Below, piece by piece: positions 1-12,301 of a stretch of 64,000 bases of DNA. The position numbers and the translations under genes are program-made. How positions within the stretch are numbered: the stretch's first letter is position 1; every line of letters starts with the position of its first letter. Origin of the DNA: Schmidtea polychroa (lineage: Eukaryota); the NCBI GenBank assembly GCA_044892525.1, contig CM097885.1, forward strand, positions 267,840,001 to 267,904,000, given 5' to 3'. The notes beneath the pieces were generated by a model. That model did no database searches and was not told the DNA's origin. It saw nothing but the letters and a program-made list of their open reading frames with translations.

Positions 1-265
1 AACGCACGCTATAATGAGATCGTTCAACTGAAATGTGTGGCTACTGGATATCCAAAGTTGAGTTTGTTTTGGCTATTCAACGGCAACGAATTCAATAACA
101 GCAAGTCTTTCGAAACCGAAACAAATTCCAGTTGCACGTCGACCATAACAATCCATGTAAACATTGCCACAGCTGGCGTTTATCAATGCCTAGCTGAATC
201 TCGAGATAGCGCGGAAAACCGGGTATTTAGTGAGGACAGAAAATCAGTGTTCGTCATTATTGCGG
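1..265 (+). CDS. Dscam: Dscam exon, Ig4 (5'-partial)
   Basis: Frame 1 reads LKCVATGYPK..W..GVYQCLAES, an I-set Ig with both cysteines. Donor GCG G|gtaact at 266. Confidence 0.85.
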
Positions 266-3200
266 GTAACTCGTGTTATTATNNNNNNNNNNNNNNNNNN
301 NNNNNNNNNNNNNNNNNNNNNNNNNNNNNNNNNNNNNNNNNNNNNNNNNNNNNNNNNNNNNNNNNNNNNNNNNNNNNNNNNNNNNNNNNNNNNNNNNNNN
401 NNNNNNNNNNNNNNNNNNNNNNNNNNNNNNNNNNNNNNNNNNNNNNNNNNNNNNNNNNNNNNNNNNNNNNNNNNNNNNNNNNNNNNNNNNNNNNNNNNNN
501 NNNNNNNNNNNNNNNNNNNNNNNNNNNNNNNNNNNNNNNNNNNNNNNNNNNNNNNNNNNNNNNNNNNNNNNNNNNNNNNNNNNNNNNNNNNNNNNNNNNN
601 NNNNNNNNNNNNNNNNNNNNNNNNNNNNNNNNNNNNNNNNNNNNNNNNNNNNNNNNNNNNNNNNNNNNNNNNNNNNNNNNNNNNNNNNNNNNNNNNNNNN
701 NNNNNNNNNNNNNNNNNNNNNNNNNNNNNNNNNNNNNNNNNNNNNNNNNNNNNNNNNNNNNNNNNNNNNNNNNNNNNNNNNNNNNNNNNNNNNNNNNNNN
801 NNNNNNNNNNNNNNNNNNNNNNNNNNNNNTAAAGTCGAGAATTATGGAGAAAGTTGTTGTAAAGCATTAGTAAAACCTTCAAATTTTGGAAGAGATTGAA
901 ATGAAGATATGGATTATAAGAGGAAAACAATCAGTTAGAAATTTGATAGGAATTCCGATTGAATAAAGGTAAAGCATGGATTCTAGATCAGTGAAAAACA
1001 GAATTTATTTTGTACATTGCAAGTGGCTGTTGAAGAAATGCTTGAATCAAGTGAAAATTCCCAAAAAAGAAAATCTATGTCGAAACGAAACACAGAAAAT
1101 TAATTAAACTTACATAAGTTTTTCAAAGATTTTGTCGGCCAATGAAAACATGGCGAAGGATAATGCAATATATCTATTGGTTATAATTGATGAGGTCAGT
1201 AAATATATTACCGTATGCGCAGTGGCCAATACAATTAGCTGTTTTCATTGAGAAATGGCTTTTGCAATTGACTGTCTGGGAATTATTCATTGGGATGGAT
1301 GGAAATGGTTTCAATTAACCTTCGGCAAGCTATTTGCGGAAAGGTATTAAACTGATATATCATTACTCAGTCAATGGAGACATTGGATGGCAATTCAGAA
1401 CTATTAGAGATGCAAGTCACATTTCTTTATAGTAAGGAAATGTAGAAAATTTAAAATAAAACATTTCCTGAACTAGGGTTGAGGATGAACGCTCCAATCC
1501 CAAAAATTATTGACAAGAGTCCAGCAAAAATTGTGTTTGCTAAAAGGATTACAGGAGAACGTGAGACACAAAATATTTATAGATGAATGTGTGCCAGAAA
1601 GATTAGAACTACGAAGCAGGATGAAAAGAAATGTGGAAAGTAAATTACTAAGAAGTAATAACGAAAGAACAAACCGAAAATTTCCATTTTCCAACAGGCT
1701 GCGAAATTACAAGTCTGAGGCTTCTATCCCATTTGTTCTATGAATAATAATTACAATCTATAATATCTTTTATATCCTTTATCNNNNNNNNNNNNNNNNN
1801 NNNNNNNNNNNNNNNNNNNNNNNNNNNNNNNNNNNNNNNNNNNNNNNNNNNNNNNNNNNNNNNNNNNNNNNNNNNNNNNNNNNNNNNNNNNNNNNNNNNN
1901 NNNNNNNNNNNNNNNNNNNTATGATTCATGGTAAAATATCAATAGAATCAGTGCAATTGGATCAATTAGGTGGCCACCTCGGGGAATCCGATCTCATATT
2001 AAATATAGAATATTATTATGGCTTTAACATATTGTTGAAAATCTTTTGCACAATTATTTAACAAGTGCTTTCACAACCTGTCCCACCATTCCAAATGGTT
2101 CCTCAACAACAAACCTCTACGATATGTCCACATGTAAACCTTGAAAATGACTATCAGATCGTTGCGGTTATTTCTTTACTTGTCCAATATAAACTTTCTG
2201 TTAGTTAACAGTTGTGAAAAGGTTCCACTAGATACATTATATTCAATTTCCCAATATATGAAGGACTGGCTTTTGTTTGGGTGCAATCAAGCGGCTCCTT
2301 TAGAGGTAAATACAGGATGACGGTGGCATGGTTAGCCTGACTCTAGAGTCTAGGATACCACATCAATATCACGATATAGGTAGAAATCTATGATATGACG
2401 AGCTTATGATTTTGTAAGGATTTATGGAGGATAAATCCATTGAATGTTTAAAAGAGAAGTTATTATATGCGAAAGTAGTGCAGATAAGATTGGGTTGCCT
2501 ATTTGTCATAGCAATGATTGTGACAAGTGATAGAACGAAAAGTTTAATTATTTTTCAATATCAATTTTATGATATTTTATTAATGTTGATGTTTTTGGTT
2601 TGTTTAAATGTTTATAGAGGTAACCGGAATAAGATTTCCATAAGTATTTGTCTATTTTATAGAAACAACAAATTTTACACCTTCGGATAAATGAGTAAAC
2701 AAAAGGTTTTATTTTTAGTGGGCCTTCTAGTTGCATTAATATTTGAAACGCTCTCTGCCGCCTCCCCTCCCTCCCTCCCCTCGTCACTCCATTCTGATTG
2801 ATATACATGTTCACTTGCCAGAATCCGATAAATAGAGATCGAACGGAACAGCAATGACATCCGACTGATATCCGTTACAATGTAAAGGAGATTAAATAAG
2901 AAGGAATGAAATATTGTATGGTGCTCATAATTGTAATCCAGTCGGCATTTATCTTTGTGTTAGCCTTGGCAGCCTTTGATATCATTCCCTATGCTGTAGT
3001 GGCGGCACCCAATGATAGAATGAATTCCGTTACACTCAATTTGTCATAAATGCACAAAAATGCGCAATACGCAAATGGACATTTTGATTGGCATTTTCTC
3101 ATTATCAATTCTCTAACATAATTTCTCATTCTCTCTTTATTTGCTCTCGTTGTTTCTAGAGAATTATCCTTTCGATTATCACTAGCAGAGCAAACCATTT

Positions 3201-5429
3201 CCAGTAAAACAACAATCTCTTTCTCTCTGTCTCTGTTGCCATTCTAATATTCATTTTTATCAGTTTGCCTTTTATTTGCTCATCTGTTTTCATTGATATC
3301 GCTCTCAGAATGAATATATGCTGCAGCCGTATTTACAACACACACACACACACACAATGATGCATGCACACACATAGACACACGCACGGTGGTGGAGCCA
3401 TTTATTTGTGCAAAATTCCCATAATTTCAATGCTTGATCCCAAATTTGATCGATTCAATAGTATAGTATATATATACATATATCAAATTCAATCCCAAAA
3501 TGTCTGTGACTCCAATGGAATATCCACATGCGCTCTCTCACAGTATCAAATTGATTAGCGCTCTCACGTGATTGCCTTATCCAGCCGACCAATCAGATTT
3601 GAAATATGAAAAGAAAGAAATTTTATGAATGATATTGTTGTAGAATGATTTATTTGCGAGACATTGAGGAATTCTGTTCCTAGAGAAAATACAATAAATC
3701 ACAAGCAGATATTGTGATAGACATGTCCATTGAATGCAGCTCACTTGCCCGTGATTGTGTGTGTGCGCTTGTGTGTCCATGTGTATATATGTTTGTGCAC
3801 GCGTGTGTGGATGGCTGTCAGCTGGTGTGTGTGTGTGTGCGCGCACGTATATGGCATTATTATGGAGATGTGTGCTATGCTGTTGTTCAGCTCTAGCAAT
3901 CATGTCTAGTGATTATTAATTTGATTTAGTGGAAATATTGATATTGAATTAATATTTATTCCAATCATTCAACATAGATCCTTACAATGATCTTATATTA
4001 TCCTTCTATATACCTTCCCGTATGTTATGGCATGAGTACAATTCAATTTATTATTCCTGACATTAGGGAGCCATAGGTTCTTATTGCTCCTCCCTCCACC
4101 CTCCCCACCCTCCCCACCCTCCCCACCCTCCCCACCCTCCCCACGTCACCCTGTATCTCTTTACTTGGACGTCTGAAATTTTGGATATCGAAAGGTCTTG
4201 TTATAAAAAGAGCAAAGATACCAGATGAGTTATGATTATTAAGAAAAAGATTCGGTATCATTCTACCATTAGAACTAAGTTTGCCACCTTGTAAAAGACG
4301 TTTAAATATATTGTTGATCTACTTTATCAAATAAGCGCTTTATGTTAAGTATAATGTTAGAGCAAATGAGAGTATCAGAATGTAAAGAGACCCAAGAGAC
4401 CAAAAAAGACAAATTATTGCAACCCGAAATAGGAAATAAATGCATTTACATCGATCACATGAGGAATTTGAGCCGATCCTTTTATTAATAAAAAATTATT
4501 CCTCCCATTAAATTTTTGTAATATTACTAAAAAACAATCAATTTAAATTTAAAAAAAATAGTTAAAATAAAAATAAATAAATCTTTTAAAAGTTGAAAAT
4601 GCCATTTTACTACATTAGACTATTCATGGACTGCAGAAACTCTATTATAAACGTAATCTAAAAACGTTAAGTCGATCGCGACTCGTTAAGAAATTAAAAA
4701 GTAGCTCCTAGTCTTATTTAAGTTGAGCACGCCTAGTCTAACGTTTACCTTGCGGTATCTGAATATCGTATGTTGCATGATTTATATATGGGATTCATAT
4801 TGGAGGTTTAGATGGAATTGATTAATTCACCAATATTACCTACAGCACATTTTGTATTTATTGAATCCATTCAATCATCTCAATTCTAATAAGCTTCATT
4901 CAAGTCAAATAATAATTAAACAAATTGATAATTTTTCATAAATAAATGGCAATAATATATAATTGTATATACCATATATACCACCGGATTAGTTGACCTC
5001 TTTCTCTGAGCATTGCCACTTGTACCGAACCCTTTCAAGGACATGGTTAATGTGATCGCAATATGGCTGGAAGCTTCATAAATCGACAAAGATCGATCAA
5101 GGAAAACCCAGTGAATAGAAAATGAAAACATTGAAAACGAAGTGAAAGACATATAGGAAAAGGCCTCGTGTTATTGAGCACTAATTATTACATCATGGCC
5201 ATAACTGGTGATTGATAAGGTATTCAGGTTCAGTAATCATGCTTAATCAGGATAAATGAAAGGTTCAGTGATAAATTCACTAACTTTACCTTATCTCGAA
5301 TATATATGTGATTATTTCATGGGGAAATGAGCTGATGTCATATCAGGTAAACAAATCTAAATGGTGGCTGGGTCGGGGTGAGGATTTATCAAATGATATA
5401 CCACCAAGATGTCATCTGAATTAGACATC

Positions 5430-5480
<51 letters not shown>

Positions 5481-5956
5481 AAGGTTATACTAAGTGATTG
5501 AAAGCATTTGACAATGATTGGTGATATTGAGAAATATGATATAGATGATATGTATATATATATATATATATAAATAATTGTTATAGAAATGGCGCCGATA
5601 TTGATATGGCAATCACCAATGGTGAAACCATCAGAATCATATGGGACGGGTGTCCTGACCACTGACAGCAGCAAGTTCCAGATCGAATGCAAATTCAACA
5701 GAGTACCAAATGGGACAGTTGCATGGTATCTTGATGATCAGAAAATCCCAATGGTTAATGTGTTGATCCCAAATACAACATATAGGTTGCCTTATACTGT
5801 CATTGCAACACTGCAAATAGATTTGCTCACAGTAAATTTCCTTATGCATTTATTATTGAAATTATTTTCTTTTTCCCTTTACTGTTGATGTTGTTGACAT
5901 CGTTGCCTTTCTTGCTATTGATGCATTCTCGGTAGCCGTGGCCGTGGCCATAGCCG

Positions 5957-5988
<32 letters not shown>

Positions 5989-8900
5989 ATTACTATTGCA
6001 GATTTGCTCTCACCGACAGAGAATACCGAATGAAAATATTTCTTACTGGGAAATTTCCTATCAATCGGCATTAGAATCTAGAAAACAATTTCGATTTCTC
6101 TCTCAGTTTATATTGTACGCGAGATAATGAAATTGGAAATATTTTCTGTAGTTATTTCTACTGTCAAGCTGCCGATTGTTGGCGCTGTGTCGCATTGATA
6201 TTCCCAGGCCTGATATATTATCATTTCTATCCATCCCAGCAATTCTCAATTCATTCCCCTCCCCTCCCCCTCCCCCCCCCCCCCCCCATATTCTCCATCT
6301 TTCACATTTTCCTTTCTACATACATTTTATCAACTTCCTGTTCGATAAATCTTTATATAGCTGCTTTTTCTCCATTAGCTCAACTCTCCTCACACCCTTA
6401 GCAGATATCTCGATGAGATTATATTGAAGGCCATGGGAACATTTCTCATTCATAGCTTTGTGAATTTGTTGCAATGATGTTGCAATGACCTTCAGCCAGG
6501 GTTACTGAAACCCTTTGTTCTGATTGGTCATTATATAAATTAATTGAGATCATTACAATTTCAGATGGCATCAATTGAAGATAAATGGAAATATGGGGGA
6601 GAGTATCGAGCTGAAGTCACTAATGAGTATGGAAAGGCTCACTGTACGACATTGGTATTCGTTACTCATGAGTATAGGATCCGAGATTATCCAGACATCA
6701 CATTGACTCATGGGTCAGAGTTGAGATTGAAATGTTACGTTATTTCGGGATCAAAACCCACTGTGAGTCATTTAGTTTTAATTGTTTTAATTGATGATTT
6801 TCTATTGGTTAGATTGAATGGTTTAGAGATGCAAAAGGCAAACTTGTCCGGCTGCCGGAAACCCATACACAGACAGTCAGTGAAGATGGCAGACTGTTTA
6901 TAATAGAAAAAGTTGATAAAGTCATTCATTCCGGGAAATACATGTGCAATTCGACACTAAATAACTATAAGATTTCAAAGACATTTTCAGTTACCATTGC
7001 AAGTAAGAATAAATTTTTCGTTTGCAATATCTTCTCCACGACCATAACTAATATTTAACCCTTCATTCTACGGTTAGACTTTGGTTTTCTATCTCAGGAT
7101 AGGTTTCTTATCCTCTTTCTGAAATATCTCTTACTGAATCTATTGCATGGTCTCGAGCACATATTTGTGTCCTTGGCACCGTTTGAGGTCTATTTTACTC
7201 TATTTTACTTTTTTATTCTATTTCATTCTATTTTAATCTAGCTAGGAAGTAGTGCAACTCATTAAAATTGGGTTTCCTTTTTGTTCATAAACAAGGGAAA
7301 ACCTTTGAAATTTCATTTGTTAAAATAAGATTTCAGAAGTCATTTTTAATAATAATCAATAATTATTTAATAAAATTTAATAATTAATAATTATTTAATA
7401 ATATTTAATAATTAATAATTATTTAATAATATTTAATAATTAATAATTATTTAATAATATTTAATAATATTCAATAATTATTTAATAATTTAATCTTTAA
7501 AGAGCAAGTGCAAATGGTAAAGTTGTAATATTGCTGGTAAGGATATTAAGATAATAAATAATATAAATGAATAATAATTATGAAATGTTGACCAAAGTTT
7601 CCTACTAGAATTGATCAATATATGATAATCAATGTATTGAAACGCAAATCATTAAATATCTCATTACAAAATATGGGCTTGTGCCATTTGCAATAGCAAC
7701 GGCCGAAATAAGAATTTATCGATTGCAAAAGAATAAAAGTTACCTTATAAAAATGGATAAAAATTTGAGTTATTTATTCATTATTTAAATATTGGAAACG
7801 CCCCCCCCCCGCCCAGTTAATTTTATTGATAATGTCAGTATGTGGGAGGAATTCACAAGTGAAATAATAGACATTTGTAAATATATGCAAATGATTTAGG
7901 ACTGAATTTCAATTTCCTTGCTGGTGGTGGTGTCGGTCCCGGTCACGGTGGCAGTTCATGCGGATCTTGGTTGTGTAACCGACTGGGCGAGTAGTGAATG
8001 AACAGCGCAACGACCACGGAACAGATCTATTTGACTGCTGTTGATATCTTTTGGGGTGTTGAATCCGGGTTTGGTGGTTACCGTGTCAATCTGATAATAT
8101 TCTGTTGATTGGCACCGCAGTTTCTATCGGCTAAGGGGAAATATAGCTTCATGTATTTTACATAATAATTTCATTGCTTGAATTAAAATTGCTCTACTCT
8201 TATTCTCCCCATTAGTACCTTCTATGCAAAGCCATTTTAGGATTCTAATATCGACATGAACTTATTGGATTTGCCAACATATATTATCTTTATCCCACTA
8301 CCTTACTGCCTTTCTCAATTATTGGACATTGAATTTATTTAATTAACTGACTATCCTTGTCCTTAAGAAATTCACGTGAAAACATTCAGTTAAACAGTTC
8401 AAAAACCTTACGGAAGAGTAAACTGCCAATCAGTTCACAACTATTTTTCATTTCCCCTCTTTTTTGCTTTTATAATATAAATTTTCATCCAATTATTGGC
8501 ATGGTGCCGGAGAGTGACACGGAGCTTTATGTACTGAATGCCATCTAATTATATGATAATAGGACTGTGATCAAGAGCATAGGTGAAGGGGAATATATTA
8601 TCAAATCACAAATTATATATTCAAATATAATATTTATATTACATCATGTCGACTACAAGGCTTATTCAGGAGAATTGTTTGGACGATACTCTAAGCCTTA
8701 GAGCCTAAGGCATCTATGGATGTGGTGAGACAGGAACTGTGGGACATTTTATAATTAGGATTAGCAAATCATCATTGCCTTCAATGAATCAACAATCGAA
8801 ATGATCCCAAGTTGCGATAAATTATAAATTTATNNNNNNNNNNNNNNNNNNNNNNNNNNNNNNNNNNNNNNNNNNNNNNNNNNNNNNNNNNNNNNNNNNN

Positions 8901-9439
8901 NNNNNNNNNNNNNNNNNNNNNNNNNNNNNNNNNNNNNNNNNNNNNNNNNNNNNNNNNNNNNNNNNNNNNNNNNNNNNNNNNNNNNNNNNNNNNNNNNNNN
9001 NNNNNNNNNNNNNNNNNNNNNNNNNNNNNNNNNNNNNNNNNNNNNNNNNNNNNNNNNNNNNNNTTTATTATTGAATTTAACATTATTGGAGTCTAATATA
9101 ATCATTATATTCAGGTCTTCCTTCAATACTTTCAATTAACTTGTTTATATTTCCTAAAATAATTTCATAACATGTAAACTGTTATAGATCCCCCAATAAT
9201 GCTATCCGAACTTCCTGCCTCTATATCTCTAAATAAAAATTCCGACACGACATCATTAACCTGCCTACCAAGACATCAACCAGACCTACCTTGGTATGCC
9301 TGGTGGGAATTCAAAGAAGCCAAGTCCAACCTCTCCGTGCCATTATTACCGAACTCTCGTCTCAATGAAAATGATCTCAAGATAGAAATTAAAGTAAGAA
9401 ATAAATTCTTTTGCTGAAATAAACCAGCTAGTTATTATA

Positions 9440-9472
<33 letters not shown>

Positions 9473-12232
9473 ATTATTATTATTATTATTATTATTATAA
9501 TTATTATTAGATGACAGTAGTTGGCCATGCACCAGAAGAGGCTATAAATGGAAACCGGAAGACACATATAAATCATTTGATGTTGCATATCTATATTTGC
9601 ACGATCTAAATCATGATTTCGATACAAATTCCAATGGCTATTCAGTCACAGAAGTCATAAACAAAATAATATGAATAAAGCGTATTTACGAAGAGAAAAT
9701 CTTGAGATCATAATGGAAGAGTTAGGGTTGAAATATTTTTAACATGTGAAAACAGATGGGTAAACTGGTGACGGGGTAACCTTAAATGGGGTTGGGAAAT
9801 AACATTTAAAGGCCGATTGAGGATGATAACAATTGAATATGCGTTAGCTTAGATACCTTCATCTAGACAGGTGCAATATACAAATATAACTTAGATCTTT
9901 AGAAACCTTTATAGTTTATATTAGATGTCATATATTAGGGTCATATATTAGGGTCATATATTAGGGTCATATATTAGGGTCATATATTAGGGTCATATAT
10001 TAGGGTCATATATTAGGGTCATATATTAGGGTCATATATTAGATGTCATATATTAGGGTCATATATTAGATGTCATATATTAGGGTCATATATTAGGGTC
10101 ATATATTAGGGTCATATATTAGGGTCATATATTAGGGTCATATATTAGGGTCATATATTAGGGTCATATATTAGGGTCATATATTAGATGTCATATATTA
10201 GGGTCATATATTAGGGTCATATATTAGGGTCATATATTAGGGTCATATATTAGGGTCATATATTAGGGTCATATATTAGGGTCATATATTAGGGTCATAT
10301 ATTAGGGTCATATATTAGATGTCATATTTTAGGGTCATATATTAGGGTCATATATTAGGGTCATATATTAGGGTCATATATTAGGGTCATATATTAGATG
10401 TCATATATTAGGGTCATATATTAGGGTCATATATTAGGGTCATATATTAGGGTCATATATTAGGGTCATATATTAGGGTCATATATTAGGGTCATATATT
10501 AGGGTCATATATTAGGGTCATATATTAGGGTCATATATTAGGGTCATATATTAGGGTCATATATTAGGGTCATATATTAGATGTCATATATTAGGGTCAT
10601 ATATTAGGGTCATATATTAGGGTCATATATTAGGGTCATATATTAGGGTCATATATTAGATGTCATATATTAGGGTCATATATTAGGGTCATATATTAGG
10701 GCCATATATTAGGATAAATTATTAGGATCATTATTTATTCATCTATATTGTTTACAGTATCAGAAAATTACATCCTCCGAGAAATACTCCGATAATGGGG
10801 CAGCTTTACCTGAAGGTGTTCCAAATTTTGTGAGATATCAACACAATAAGATCGCCCAAATATGGATAAAATATAATGAGAAACTCCATTTATCCCAAAT
10901 CAGCTGTGTCGTGCAAAACCACGCCGGAATCATTCGGAAAACCATACAAATATCTATAGATAGTAAGTTCAAATACTTGATACTTTGATATTCTTTTTCT
11001 TTCAAAGTTCTCTTATATTATTTAATTGATATTTCATTGCTACATTCTTTCTCACGACTTGTTTTCTTTTTATATTGAATGTCTGCTTGACATGGTCACC
11101 AGTGTTATTCCATGCATTAATATGACCTCCTCCAGTCTTGTCATCATTAATATGAAATTGTTTATGCTTTACATCTTTACTCTTTTCCTTTTCCTTTAGA
11201 CCTCGTTTTCAAGGAATCTCCTCCTCTAGATTATTCAATTGTGCTCGGTGAAAGTTTCGCATTGAATTGTACTGCCAAAACAAACAACATTCAATTGAAA
11301 ACAAATTGGTTTAATGTAGGTAAGTGACGCTATGAACCGAATGAGGCAAATAATAAATGAGGTTTAGATTCACAGAATAATGTTGCAGTCAATTCAACAG
11401 TCGAATCAAGGATCCATCAACTGCCAAACGGAACATTGGTTGTGAGGAACATTGAATTGACGGATCCACACAATTTCATGTGTATTATCAAGTCAACGAT
11501 CAGCAAAGATGAAATCAGTAAAGTAGTGAAGATTGCAATTAAAGGTTATAAGGATTTATTTAATTATTATTTATTAATTATTATTGGTCTTGATGGAGGC
11601 TGCATGGTAATATTATATCAGCCTTTGATACTATCATACTTTATATATTGATGAANNNNNNNNNNNNNNNNNNNNNNNNNNNNNNNNNNNNNNNNNNNNN
11701 NNNNNNNNNNNNNNNNNNNNNNNNNNNNNNNNNNNNNNNNNNNNNNNNNNNNNNNNNNNNNNNNNNNNNNNNNNNNNNNNNNNNNNNNNNNNNNNNNNNN
11801 NNNNNNNNNNNACGATTAATTTAGACAGTTTTCCTGTCATCATCAGGTGGGATATAATACTCATTAAATAAAGGATTTTAAACAAATTTAATTATATATA
11901 AAAAATTTTTTTATTTTATAAAAAATATTATTTTTTAAAACTTTAACATTTAAAATTTAATTTAATAATTTAAAAATTTAAAAAATTTTTTTATTAATTA
12001 TTTAATTTAACACAACAATCAATACATACAATACACAAAAGCTTATTTAAAAACACTTATTAAATGTTAAAGTTTTAAAAAATAATATTTTTTATAAAAT
12101 AAAAAAATTTTTTATATATAATTAAATTTGTTTAAAATCCTTTATTTAGTGAGTATTATATCCCACCTGTTGATGACAGGAAAACTGTCGAAATTAATCG
12201 TGAAAAAAATGTTTGATTGGCGTTATCTTATA

Positions 12233-12301
<69 letters not shown>

